Positions 26,080 to 34,771 of a DNA stretch of 64,000 bases are shown in pieces. This DNA is from Patescibacteria group bacterium (GTDB lineage Bacteria > Patescibacteriota > Patescibacteriia > SG8-24 > DYFX01). Numbering within the stretch: position 1 is the first letter of the stretch; each line of letters begins with the position of its first letter. The notes beneath the pieces were generated by a model that did not search any database, had not been told where the DNA came from, and saw nothing but the letters and a program-made list of their open reading frames with translations. The stretch covers positions 134,111-198,110 of the forward strand of contig JBAZZB010000001.1 in the NCBI GenBank assembly GCA_041659045.1, written 5' to 3'. A program made the position numbers and the translations under genes.

Positions 26080-26964
26080 ATGCCTCATGTTGTCTTGATG
26101 GGTTCCGGAAAACTCGGCAGCGCCATTGCGCACGTGCTCGCTAAAAAACGCATCCGCGTTGAAGCTTGGGACGTGCTGCCAGGAAAAGTTCCGCGGCAAA
26201 AGCCGCTTGAAAAAATCGTGCCCGGAGCGGAAGCCGTCTTTTTGTGCCTGCCGTCCTGGTGCCTGCGTGACGCCGCGACGACGCTCGCGCCGCTTCTGGC
26301 CAAGAAAACAGCTGTTGTTTCCGTTTCCAAGGGTTTGGAAAAGGGGACACTCCTTACAGCCGACGCGCTCTTGCATCAAACATTGCCGGAAGGCGCACCG
26401 TTTGTTTTTCTTGGCGGCCCGCTTTTGGCCGACGAGCTTTTATCCAGCCAGCCCGGCGTCGGCGTCGCCGCTTCCGCCGATCCGGCGGCGCGCCGTACGA
26501 TGGAGAAACTTTTTTCCGGCACGCGTCTCCGTATTGAAGCAACCGATGACGTCGCAGGGACCGTCTGGTCGGCGATCTTGAAGAACGTCTATGCGATCGG
26601 TCTTGGTATGACCGAAGGCTTGGGTTGGGGTGCGAATGCTCGCGGCTGGTTTGTCGCGGCCGCCGTGCAGGAAGCGGGGGAAATCCTTGTTGATCTCGGA
26701 GGCCGCAAGGAAACTTTTCACGGTACAGCTGGCGTCGGCGATCTCGTCGCCACGGGCTTGAGCCCGCATTCCAAAAACCGCACGCTCGGCGAAGCCTGGG
26801 CGAAACATGGCAAAGCACCATTTGAAAGCGAAGGGAAAATTTCTTTGGCGCCGCTTTTGAAGTTGCTTGGTGCGCGCGCCAAGAAACGACGCTTACTTAT
26901 GGCGCTCAAGGCTACGCTTTTGGACGGCAAAAAAGCAAAGAAGGTTTTCGAGGGGTTGTTGTAA
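26080..26964 (+). CDS. gpsA: NAD(P)H-dependent glycerol-3-phosphate dehydrogenase GpsA
   Basis: N-terminal Rossmann VVLMGSGKLGSAIA; ...NVYAIGLGMTEGLGWGANA..., typical GpsA. Confidence 0.85.
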   Translation: MPHVVLMGSGKLGSAIAHVLAKKRIRVEAWDVLPGKVPRQKPLEKIVPGAEAVFLCLPSWCLRDAATTLAPLLAKKTAVVSVSKGLEKGTLLTADALLHQTLPEGAPFVFLGGPLLADELLSSQPGVGVAASADPAARRTMEKLFSGTRLRIEATDDVAGTVWSAILKNVYAIGLGMTEGLGWGANARGWFVAAAVQEAGEILVDLGGRKETFHGTAGVGDLVATGLSPHSKNRTLGEAWAKHGKAPFESEGKISLAPLLKLLGARAKKRRLLMALKATLLDGKKAKKVFEGLL

Positions 26965-26997
26965 GTCATCCTACGCCACTCGCGAGTGACGTGGCCT

Positions 26998-27023
26998 GGC
27001 ACGTCGTTCGCGGACGACGTGCC
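26998..27023. promoter_or_regulatory. 26-nt near-perfect palindrome GGCACGTCGT-tcgcgg-ACGACGTGCC (copy B) abutting the -35-like TTGCGC upstream of umuD. Candidate operator (SOS-type).
   Basis: 10-bp inverted arms; it ends 1 nt before TTGCGC and 38 nt before the umuD ATG. Near-identical to 5999-6024. A second palindrome CACTCGCGAGTG lies at 26977-26988. Confidence 0.4.
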
Positions 27024-27060
27024 TTGCGCTGTTCGCCATAACGGACGGTACGGTGGGAGC

Positions 27061-27369
27061 ATGCCCACCATTCAATTTTTCCAACCGGAAGAGGGTCGAC
27101 GTTTTGACGGCCCGCTTGATCTGAATACGCACGTTATCCGTCATCCCGCAGCGACGTTCTTTTTGCGCGTTGGACCGGACGTGCGTGGTGATGCTGATGT
27201 GCGCTCTGACGATTTGTTAGTTGTTGACCGTTCGGTTACCGCTTTTCCGAACGCGGTCGCTGTGGTCGTGCGGGGAGGCGAATTGCGCGTTGAGCGCTTG
27301 CGCCGATCGGGAGATGAGGAAACGGAGCTTTGGGGTGTCGTGACGCACCTGATCCGTGCGCTGCCATGA
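27061..27369 (+). CDS. umuD: UmuD-like S24 peptidase (LexA-like autoproteolytic domain only)
   Basis: 103 aa. HPAATFFLRVGPD...GDADVRSDDLLVVDRS...AVVVRGGELRVERL matches the S24 catalytic Ser/Lys region. No HTH. ATGA overlap with umuC. Confidence 0.8.
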   Translation: MPTIQFFQPEEGRRFDGPLDLNTHVIRHPAATFFLRVGPDVRGDADVRSDDLLVVDRSVTAFPNAVAVVVRGGELRVERLRRSGDEETELWGVVTHLIRALP

Positions 27370-28628
27370 CAGGGCTCTACGGCTTGGTCGACTGCAATAA
27401 TTTTTTCGTCTCCTGCGAGCGCGTCTTCGAACCGAAGCTCGAAGGTAAGCCCGTGGTTGTGCTGTCGTCGAACGACGGCTGCATTGTCGCGCGCTCGAAC
27501 GAGGCGAAAGCGCTCGGTATTCCGATGGGCGCGCCGATGTTCGAGTGGCGCGACGTCTGCCGTCGAGGAAACGTGATCGCGCTCTCTGGTAACCACGCGC
27601 TCTATTCCGACATGTCTGACCGCGTCATGCGCACGGTCGCCGAGTTCGTCGAGGATCATGAAGTGTATTCCATCGACGAAGCATTTTTGCGTTTTGGTCC
27701 GCGTGAGGACGCTGAGGGAACTTGCCGTGCGTTGCGCGCGGCCGTGCGGCAGCGCGTCGGTATTCCGGTTTCAATCGGTCTTGATACGACGCGTACGCTC
27801 GCCAAAGCCGCGTCAAAGTTTGCCAAACAACATATCGAACTGGGCGGAGTGCTTTCGCTGCACACGCATCCGCGTAAAGACGAAATGCTTGAAAAGCTCG
27901 ATGTCGGAGACTTGTGGGGTATTGGCCGCCAATATTCCAAAAAACTGATCGGTTCCGGCGTTCATTCGGCCCGCTCGCTGCGCGACCTCTCCGATGATTG
28001 GATCCTGCGGCACCTGGGCTCGTCGGGACTTCGCGTCGCGATGGAACTGCGCGGCATGCCGTGCGGTGAGTTCGCGGCACCGCGAGAGCATCGTAAGAGC
28101 ATTGTCTGTTCTCGCTCGTGCGGTCGACCGATCACCGCGTTGGCAGAATTGAAAGAAGCTGTGGCGTCACATATTGCTTCTGCCGCAGAGACGTTGCGAG
28201 GCGAGGGATTGCGTGCGCGCTTTTTGACGGTCTTCGTCGGTCTTCGCAAGCAAGGCTATGGTATGCCGTATCCTTCCGGACGCTCCGTCATGCTCGAAGC
28301 AGCGACCAACGACACGCCGGAACTCATTCGCGCCGCGCATGTGCTTCTTGAAACGTTTTATCGTGACGGCATGGCCTATAAAAAAGTTGGCGTGCGTTTG
28401 ACGGATTTTTCTGGAGAAGAAGCGCATCAGCTTCGCGTCTTCGGCGGAGGAGAACCTGATCCGAAGCGGCGCGCGGCCTGGGCGGCACTCGACACCATCA
28501 ACGCGGAGTGGGGGACAGGAACCGTAAAGTTTGCTGCCGAAGGTGTCGCGCGCGGCTGGAAACCCAAATCCGAACGACGTTCGCCGCGGTACACGACGCG
28601 TTGGGACGAGCTCAAGATCGTGCGTTAA
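27366..28628 (+). CDS. umuC: Y-family DNA polymerase UmuC (error-prone Pol V catalytic subunit)
   Basis: MTGLYGLVDCNNFFVSCERVFEP...VVVLSSNDGCIVARS...SIDEAFL are Y-family polymerase motifs. Confidence 0.9.
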   Translation: MTGLYGLVDCNNFFVSCERVFEPKLEGKPVVVLSSNDGCIVARSNEAKALGIPMGAPMFEWRDVCRRGNVIALSGNHALYSDMSDRVMRTVAEFVEDHEVYSIDEAFLRFGPREDAEGTCRALRAAVRQRVGIPVSIGLDTTRTLAKAASKFAKQHIELGGVLSLHTHPRKDEMLEKLDVGDLWGIGRQYSKKLIGSGVHSARSLRDLSDDWILRHLGSSGLRVAMELRGMPCGEFAAPREHRKSIVCSRSCGRPITALAELKEAVASHIASAAETLRGEGLRARFLTVFVGLRKQGYGMPYPSGRSVMLEAATNDTPELIRAAHVLLETFYRDGMAYKKVGVRLTDFSGEEAHQLRVFGGGEPDPKRRAAWAALDTINAEWGTGTVKFAAEGVARGWKPKSERRSPRYTTRWDELKIVR

Positions 28629-28654
28629 AAAAAAGACCCCACACGTGCGGGGTC
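28624..28654 (-). terminator. Intrinsic terminator (minus strand) after gene 28653-28985
   Basis: GACCCCAC-acgt-GCGGGGTC hairpin overlapping the stop codon, then a T8 run on the minus strand. Confidence 0.7.
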
Positions 28655-28985
28655 ACCAGAAGCTGAGTTGCGGCGGCGGTCCGATGGATGAAGACGTGAG
28701 GTGGTCGTGCAGCGCTTTGCGCTCGGCGGGCGAGAGCGTCATGACGGCCACCTTCCCTTCCTGGAGCGCGCTCTCCTTGTCGTCCAGCCAGCCGAAGATC
28801 ATGAGTCGGCGATTCTCCGCGGCGCCGACGTTGCAGTAGACGTACGGACGAGCTTTGAAGTCGCGCGTCTCGACGCGGTCCTGCACAAAGCCGGTCTCGG
28901 GGTTCTGAATCGCCTTCAGTCCGTACACGACGCGCCGCGTCGGCACGGCGCCGTAGACGGTTTTGGCTTTGACTCTCTTTGCCAT
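28653..28985 (-). CDS. Hypothetical protein (110 aa)
   Basis: ATG at 28985 with AGGAGG 5 nt upstream; its own terminator. The longer overlapping R-rich ORF in another frame is rejected. Confidence 0.6.
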   Translation of the reverse strand: MAKRVKAKTVYGAVPTRRVVYGLKAIQNPETGFVQDRVETRDFKARPYVYCNVGAAENRRLMIFGWLDDKESALQEGKVAVMTLSPAERKALHDHLTSSSIGPPPQLSFW

Positions 28986-29083
28986 CGCATCCTCCTGCCG
29001 CGAACCTAATCGAAAAATGCCGATCTGTCAAGCGTTTGACGGGTCGTGAGACACGCGGTATCACTAGGGCAGGGAGGTATCTC

Positions 29084-29470
29084 ATGCCCAAGATCCTTAT
29101 CATCGAAGATGACGCCGACATGAACGAAGGCTATCAAGGTCTCTTTGCAGGCGTGGGCATCGAGCTCCTCATCGCAACGACGCTACTTGAGGCTTTGCGC
29201 ACGTTCGACGCGAATCCTGATATCGCCGCCGTCTTCGTTGACGGACTCTTTCCTCGCAAGGAAGGCGAGTCGCATCGGCCCGAGCATGGACGGAAGTGTA
29301 ACGGAGTGATTTTTCTCATCAACGCCGCTCATCGATGCCCGATGTTTGCCTGCTCAAGCGAAGACACGATCAATCAGCAGATGTTGAACGCGGGCGCGTC
29401 GGAGACGTGCAAGAAGGGAACGGCGATTCTGGCGCGGGCGCGCCAGCTTCTCAAGGACACGGCCAAGTAG
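29084..29470 (+). CDS. Stand-alone response regulator receiver domain protein (CheY-like)
   Basis: MPKILIIEDDADMNEGY...VFVDGLFP, a receiver fold with a conserved Asp pocket; GGGAGG RBS. Confidence 0.7.
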   Translation: MPKILIIEDDADMNEGYQGLFAGVGIELLIATTLLEALRTFDANPDIAAVFVDGLFPRKEGESHRPEHGRKCNGVIFLINAAHRCPMFACSSEDTINQQMLNAGASETCKKGTAILARARQLLKDTAK

Positions 29471-29483
29471 CCGTGTCTTTTTT
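29456..29483 (+). terminator. Rho-independent terminator
   Basis: GACACGGC-caagta-GCCGTGTC followed by TTTTTT. Confidence 0.8.
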
Positions 29484-29536
29484 CGTACGGAAACCGATTG
29501 GCCAAAAAGGGTGGTTTCGGGCAAACTGGCAGTAGT

Positions 29537-29809
29537 ATGAAACGCGCGTTCTACATTTTCGCGTTTACGTTTCTGGGCGTGCTCCTGCAGTTTTTAGCGC
29601 ACGCGCTGCTTGAAATGACGGTGATTTCGTTGCTTCTCGACGACTTCAATCGCTACAGCCTCGGCCTTTCATGGAGTCAGTGGTACGCGGTGCATCATAT
29701 GCTGAGCCTTCTTTTGCTGATCCTTGGAATTGTTTTTGGTCATCGATGGGGCATCTTTTGGTGGCAGGTGATTTACGTCGAGCAGCGCTACAAGAAGTGG
29801 AAGTGGTGA
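29537..29809 (+). CDS. Small membrane protein (2-3 TM)
   Basis: 90 aa, hydrophobic (FYIFAFTFLGVLLQFLAHALL...). Confidence 0.45.
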   Translation: MKRAFYIFAFTFLGVLLQFLAHALLEMTVISLLLDDFNRYSLGLSWSQWYAVHHMLSLLLLILGIVFGHRWGIFWWQVIYVEQRYKKWKW

Positions 29810-29959
29810 CCGAAAGCATAAGAGGTGCTTCGCGCAGATATTGACACGGAGCTCTTTTTTTGTTGTTGTGCAGGCACGAAGCAGAGCCTAAGGGCGACTG
29901 CGGCGTCCTTCTCCCGTGGGGGAAGGCAACTTCCGGCCGTGGCCGGCAAGGAGTGAAGA

Positions 29960-30748
29960 ATGTCTGAAGAGTTGAAGACGTTTGATTGGGAATGTTCTTT
30001 GAACGATCTGGTCGCGAAAAACAACGACCACGCGTTCGCGGCGCTGTTGGACGGAAAGACGTCCGACGAAGCGCTGGCCGTGTGTCAGAAGTTGTACCAG
30101 ACCTACGTCGACGAGCACGATGACGTTTGTGCGCTGCGGCAGGTCGAGTACCTGCTGACGATGCAGCGCGATCTGTTCCGCGAGGCACCGAACGCCGACG
30201 CTCGGTCGGTGCAGTACGGCATGGCCGAGGCTGCGTTGACGCGATGGCGTAAGTTGCCTCGCAACAAGGAGGGTCGACCCGGCTGTCCGAGCACGCCGAC
30301 GCTCTTGAAGACGAAGGTGTACCTCGCGAGCATTGCGGCGTCCGTCTGGGCGGCGCGCGAGACGAAAGCTGTGTCTGCCGCGGCCATCCTCATGGGCCTG
30401 CTGTCTCTGCCACATTTCGGCAACGCCGAAGAAAAGCTCTTGCTGGAGGTGGTGAGGGCGGTGCTGGAGCATGTTCCGCACGAACGGCTCTGTCACCACG
30501 CGGTCATCGTCATCGAGATGATGTCGCGTGCGGAGCGAGGTTCGCCGTCCGCGCGTCCGCACCCGTTCTTGCGGCCGATGCTCACCACGCTCGTGCGACG
30601 TTTGGTGACCGAATACGCTGAGAGGCCGAAGCTGCAGAACTTTGCTGTCGCACTGCGTGTCCTGAGTGCGCTCGGCGAATCAACCGATTCATCGGTGGGG
30701 CAGGCTCTCGAAGCACAAGCCAAGATGTTGATTGCGAAAGTCGATTGA
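29960..30748 (+). CDS. Hypothetical all-alpha protein (262 aa)
   Basis: AAGGAG 6 nt upstream of the ATG. Long structured 5' leader; GC3-rich codons. Confidence 0.6.
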   Translation: MSEELKTFDWECSLNDLVAKNNDHAFAALLDGKTSDEALAVCQKLYQTYVDEHDDVCALRQVEYLLTMQRDLFREAPNADARSVQYGMAEAALTRWRKLPRNKEGRPGCPSTPTLLKTKVYLASIAASVWAARETKAVSAAAILMGLLSLPHFGNAEEKLLLEVVRAVLEHVPHERLCHHAVIVIEMMSRAERGSPSARPHPFLRPMLTTLVRRLVTEYAERPKLQNFAVALRVLSALGESTDSSVGQALEAQAKMLIAKVD

Positions 30749-30824
30749 ACACCCGTTCGACCCTGTCTCCCAGGGTTGTTTTTTGTTTCGTCTGGGTCAA
30801 AGGGTGTACACTGTACGTAGAAAT

Positions 30825-31334
30825 ATGAAAAAACTTCCTTACGCTGTCACACTCGTTTCTGCTGCTCTTCTTCTTGTGGGCGCGGGTTGCGGCTCAAAAA
30901 AACAGATCGAATCTTTTGAAGATTGCGCCGCAGCCGGGAATCCGGTCATGGAATCGTATCCACGCCAATGCCGCGCGGACGGCAAGACATTTGTCGAGAA
31001 AGTTTCGTGGGTTCCGGGGCCAGGAGCGAATTTTCCCGTGAACGCCGAACTTGGTGAAGCATTTACGCTGCAGCCCGGACAATCGCGCGGTATCGATGGC
31101 GGCATTCGTTTGACGCTGCTTGAGATTAACGATTCTCGCTGTCCGAAAGACGTACAATGTATTTGGGCCGGTGAGCTTTCCGCGCATTTCAAATTGGAGG
31201 GTCCGGAAGACACAGCGCCGATCCAGGAATTTTCACTTGGCACGGCTCGTAACGGATCGGTGGAACTTTCTGGATTCACGTTTACGTTGAAGGACGCGTC
31301 GGAAGCACTCGCAACCGTCATTGTCACGTATTAG
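30825..31334 (+). CDS. Lipoprotein (unknown function)
   Basis: MKKLPYAVTLVSAALLLVGAGCGS lipobox; 169 aa. Confidence 0.65.
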   Translation: MKKLPYAVTLVSAALLLVGAGCGSKKQIESFEDCAAAGNPVMESYPRQCRADGKTFVEKVSWVPGPGANFPVNAELGEAFTLQPGQSRGIDGGIRLTLLEINDSRCPKDVQCIWAGELSAHFKLEGPEDTAPIQEFSLGTARNGSVELSGFTFTLKDASEALATVIVTY

Positions 31335-31337
31335 CGT

Positions 31338-31496
31338 ATGTCGCTCGAAGATTTCTTTTTCTACTTGCCCGCGTATGGTTCGATCGCGCTGCTCGTGGCC
31401 GGTGCTGCCGCGTCGTGGCTCGCCTGGAGACTTCTCGCTGCGCATCGTGAGAAGCGCCGACAGTCAAAGCCTGTGGAAAACTTGCCGAAAACGTGA
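31338..31496 (+). CDS. Possible 52-aa single-TM peptide
   Basis: ATG 4 nt after the upstream stop. MSLEDFFFYLPAYGSIALLVAGAAASWLAWRLL...; not in the ORF track (<60 aa). Confidence 0.3.
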   Translation: MSLEDFFFYLPAYGSIALLVAGAAASWLAWRLLAAHREKRRQSKPVENLPKT

Positions 31497-31548
31497 TATA
31501 CTAAACGACGTCTAAGCGTCTTTTAGCGCTTTTTATACACGTATCGGT

Positions 31549-31839
31549 ATGATGAACGGGAAAGGCATGTGCGCCTTGCACAAAGCGGCCTGGGTCCTCG
31601 TGATCGTCGGCGCGCTCAACTGGGGTCTGGTCGGTGTCGCGAAGTTCAATCTCGTGTTCGCGCTTCTCGGCTCGTGGCCGATGGTTGAGCGCGTGGTGTA
31701 CGTCTTGGTCGGTGTCGCGGCCTTCGCGATGCTTGCCGCCGGCAAGTGCTGCGTCAAAGGAAGCTGCAAGTGCGGCGACGGCGGTTGCGGCCACTGCAAC
31801 ATGGAAGAGAAGAAGCCGATGGGCGGTCAGCAGATGTAA
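31549..31839 (+). CDS. DUF378-family membrane protein with Cys-rich metallothionein-like C-terminal tail
   Basis: GALNWGLVGVAKFNLV is the DUF378 core; C-terminus CCVKGSCKCGDGGCGHC. Confidence 0.65.
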   Translation: MMNGKGMCALHKAAWVLVIVGALNWGLVGVAKFNLVFALLGSWPMVERVVYVLVGVAAFAMLAAGKCCVKGSCKCGDGGCGHCNMEEKKPMGGQQM

Positions 31840-31849
31840 AAAACGGAAA

Positions 31850-31878
31850 CCGGTCTCTGGACAAGAGGCCGGTTTTTT
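31850..31878 (+). terminator. Rho-independent terminator
   Basis: CCGGTCTCT-ggaca-AGAGGCCGG followed by TTTTTT. Confidence 0.8.
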
Positions 31879-31916
31879 GATAGGAAGTGGACGTACAAAA
31901 CAGGAGACCGAAAGAC

Positions 31917-33005
31917 ATGCTCGATTGCATCAAGGCAAGTGGTTCTTTCTACGACGTCGGCGTGATCGTTGGGGAGCGCACTCGCGAAGGAATTCTCTCT
32001 GCGGCGCGCTACGCGTTGCCAATGTTGCTGGAGAAGGGCTTCGGTGGCGATGACGTGGCCATGCGGGCCGCCACGGACGGCTATGTCGAAGCGTCCGGCA
32101 ACTTCTTCCCCCAGTCGATCGAGTTCATGCACGGCCTTGCCGACGGCTGCGGAATGGTTCGGCACGAACAGCTCGCAGTCGCCTTCGGCGAAGAGCTGGA
32201 GTACTTCCCGCGCGTCGAGCGCTGCTCGACGATGGTTATCTGGACGCCCGATGGTCCGGTGATCGCGAGAAACGAGGATTTCTGGGAGAGCTACTTCGAA
32301 GGGCTGGCCATCTATGACCTCACCTTCGACAACTTTCCGCGTGTTGTCTCGCTCAACTACGTCGGTTACATGCCGCACCTCGGCGGCTCGCTGACCGTCA
32401 TGGAAGACCAGCCGCAGCGGTCGTTTGCCCTCGCGAACGATTCTCTCTGGCTGCCGACTCGTCACGGCATTCCCAAGCAGGTCAAGCACTTCCGAGCAGC
32501 GCTCGCGCGCGGCGTAGGGGATGCGATCAGCTTCCTTGTCGCCCAGCCCAGTTCATTGTCGGACCACTTCACGGTGGCAAGCGTCGAACGCGCTGTTTCG
32601 CTCGAAGTTTCGAATGCGGAGAACGCGGTAGAAGTCGCTCGGTGGTACGATATCGTGCCACGCGACGTAGGCAACGTCTTGACTGTGACGGCTCCGTTCT
32701 GCCACACGAACAGCGTTCGTTGGTTGGAGCCGAAGATGCCAGATCCAGCACCGCCCGGTTCGCACATGCGCTACTGGCGGCTCGAATCGGTTGCGCAGAA
32801 CGATCCTCCTCGCACGTATGAGGAGCTCGAGAAGCTCTTCTCGACGCGCGATGGGATCATCCGGCGCGACAACGAGGTCAACCTGACGCTCCAGCCCAAC
32901 AGCTGTACGCTGGCCACGACGATCATCGATCCAGGCAAGCGCCGCATGACGATACTTCGTTACCGGCGTGACGGCTCGCAGGTGCGCGACGTGTTCCAGC
33001 TCTAA
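31917..33005 (+). CDS. C45 family peptidase / acyl-CoA:6-APA acyltransferase-like Ntn hydrolase
   Basis: AGGAGA RBS. An RVERCSTMVIW-like nucleophile Cys follows the self-cleavage Gly; overall size and motifs fit the C45/AAT family. Confidence 0.6.
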   Translation: MLDCIKASGSFYDVGVIVGERTREGILSAARYALPMLLEKGFGGDDVAMRAATDGYVEASGNFFPQSIEFMHGLADGCGMVRHEQLAVAFGEELEYFPRVERCSTMVIWTPDGPVIARNEDFWESYFEGLAIYDLTFDNFPRVVSLNYVGYMPHLGGSLTVMEDQPQRSFALANDSLWLPTRHGIPKQVKHFRAALARGVGDAISFLVAQPSSLSDHFTVASVERAVSLEVSNAENAVEVARWYDIVPRDVGNVLTVTAPFCHTNSVRWLEPKMPDPAPPGSHMRYWRLESVAQNDPPRTYEELEKLFSTRDGIIRRDNEVNLTLQPNSCTLATTIIDPGKRRMTILRYRRDGSQVRDVFQL

Positions 33006-33034
33006 CCCGCTTATCTGAGCGGGTTTTTCTTTTG
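33004..33034 (+). terminator. Rho-independent terminator
   Basis: CCCGCT-tatctg-AGCGGG followed by TTTTTCTTTT. Confidence 0.75.
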
Positions 33035-33035
33035 G

Positions 33036-33044
33036 TGGTATACT
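33036..33044 (+). promoter_or_regulatory. Extended -10 TGgTATACT 9 nt upstream of the VIT gene ATG (leaderless candidate)
   Basis: TGnTATACT at 33036-33044 with the ATG at 33054 and no SD. Confidence 0.4.
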
Positions 33045-33053
33045 TTCAGCGAT

Positions 33054-33767
33054 ATGCAAAACCCCACTGGCAAAGGCGTATACGGCAGACTTTTGGACGC
33101 TATTCGCGAGCTTGTGTTCGGTTTGGAAGACGGTCTTGTCTCAACCATGGGCGCGGTCGCCGGTATCGCGGCTGGTACGGAAAACGCCGGTATCGTTGTG
33201 CTCTCCGGCCTCGTGATTATCGCCGTCGAAGCGCTTTCGATGACGGCTGGTTCGTATCTTTCCAACAAGTCGCACCGCGAGATGTTGGAGAAAAAAATCG
33301 CAGACGAACGTCGAGAGATCGAAACGCAGCCCGAAGAGGAAACCGAAGAGTTGCGCGTCATGTATCGACAGCGCGGCTTTTCAGAAGACGAAATCACAAT
33401 CCTCGTGCGACGTATCACGCAGGACAAGGCACTGTGGCTTGAAGAAATGGTGGCCAAGGAACTCCACATCGGTATGAATGATTTGGTGGAACCGAATTCG
33501 CGCGCCATCATCATGGGAATTTCGTACGTGATTGGCGGAGCCGTGCCGCTCGTGCCGTACCTCGTTCTTCCTGTTGAAATCGCCTTGCCCGTTTCCGTCG
33601 TCGCAACGATCGTTGCGCTGTATGCTGTTGGGTATGTCAAAGGCCGCGCGACGGGGCTTAGCAGTATCAAGAGTGGGGGAGAGATGATGCTCGTTGCTTC
33701 GGCTGCGGCGCTTGTGGCCTATTTGATTGGTAAGGCGGTCGGCCACGTCTTCGGTCTCACCGTCTAG
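33054..33767 (+). CDS. VIT1/CCC1 family iron/manganese transporter
   Basis: N-terminal cytosolic helix-rich region with an acidic EEETEE stretch and 5 TM, typical VIT family. Confidence 0.75.
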   Translation: MQNPTGKGVYGRLLDAIRELVFGLEDGLVSTMGAVAGIAAGTENAGIVVLSGLVIIAVEALSMTAGSYLSNKSHREMLEKKIADERREIETQPEEETEELRVMYRQRGFSEDEITILVRRITQDKALWLEEMVAKELHIGMNDLVEPNSRAIIMGISYVIGGAVPLVPYLVLPVEIALPVSVVATIVALYAVGYVKGRATGLSSIKSGGEMMLVASAAALVAYLIGKAVGHVFGLTV

Positions 33768-33769
33768 AT

Positions 33770-34330
33770 ATGGACGAAAGAGCCAAACATTTTTTCAAAG
33801 ATATCGGAGTGATCGTTGCGAGTATTGCGGTCGCGATTTTTTTTGTGAGTACGGATACGGTAGCAAGGTTTCTGGTTTCGACGCGCGAGATGCAGCTGAT
33901 CGGGAGCTTTGTCGCCGGCGTGTTTTTTACTTCGGCGTTCACGACGGCACCGGCCATCATCGCACTCGGCGAAATTTCAGCGTTAGGCGGATCCGCTTGG
34001 TCGACCGCCGCGATCGGGGCGCTCGGCGCCGTGTTGGGGGATTTGATTTTGTTCACGATCGTAAAAGATCGTCTTTCAGAACACATGGCCACCCATTTAA
34101 AAAACACCAAAGGGTGGTCGAGCTTTTCATTTCTCATGAGCACAAAATCGCTTCGGTGGCTTTCGTTTTTCATCGGCGGATTGATTATCGCGTCGCCCTT
34201 CCCCGACGAACTCGGCGTCAGCTTGCTCGGTATTTCAAAAATGCGCACCTCGTGGTTCGTGGTGCTTTCCTATACGTTTAATTTTATCGGCATTCTCGCG
34301 ATTGCCGGCATCGCGCACCTGCTCGTCTAG
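33770..34330 (+). CDS. Polytopic membrane protein of unknown function
   Basis: 186 aa, 5-6 TM; 2 nt after the upstream stop (operon). Confidence 0.5.
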   Translation: MDERAKHFFKDIGVIVASIAVAIFFVSTDTVARFLVSTREMQLIGSFVAGVFFTSAFTTAPAIIALGEISALGGSAWSTAAIGALGAVLGDLILFTIVKDRLSEHMATHLKNTKGWSSFSFLMSTKSLRWLSFFIGGLIIASPFPDELGVSLLGISKMRTSWFVVLSYTFNFIGILAIAGIAHLLV

Positions 34331-34336
34331 AATCTA

Positions 34337-34771
34337 TCAGCGCGAAAATTTGGTGACGAGGGCTTTGGAAATTTTTCGGACGCTTGCCTCGCTCGGGCCA
34401 GTGACAATAACGACACGTTTTGTGCTGGCGATATAAGCGCGTAGTTGCAAACGGGCTCCGATCTTCATGAACTGCTGTTGCGGTTCGACGACCCATTTTG
34501 GGACGGCAGAAACGTCGGCGACGTAGACGGCCACGAGATCAGCGCAATCCGCACAATCTTTTTTTGCATCCTTCGCGGAAAGGGTATCCGCTGTACGAAA
34601 ATAGCGTACAGGAGCCAAGAATCGGTCGGGGGTAGGGACTACGGAAGTGACATTGGAAATACCGGCGGAAGTCAGGTCGTCTTCGGTTACCTCAAGTGGT
34701 GCTGGAAGAGCCGCGGAGGCAGCACTGGCGGCAAAGAGAAGGATGATGGCGATCCACGGGGTTTTTTTCAT
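34337..34771 (-). CDS. Secreted hypothetical protein
   Basis: Start ATG at 34771 encodes MKKTPWIAIILLFAASAASAALP, a signal peptide. Confidence 0.5.
   Translation of the reverse strand: MKKTPWIAIILLFAASAASAALPAPLEVTEDDLTSAGISNVTSVVPTPDRFLAPVRYFRTADTLSAKDAKKDCADCADLVAVYVADVSAVPKWVVEPQQQFMKIGARLQLRAYIASTKRVVIVTGPSEASVRKISKALVTKFSR

Noticed and set aside
28612-29121. 169-aa Arg-rich minus-strand ORF
   Set aside because: The overlapping 110-aa frame (28653-28985) has an AGGAGG RBS at the correct spacing and a terminator; the longer frame does not.
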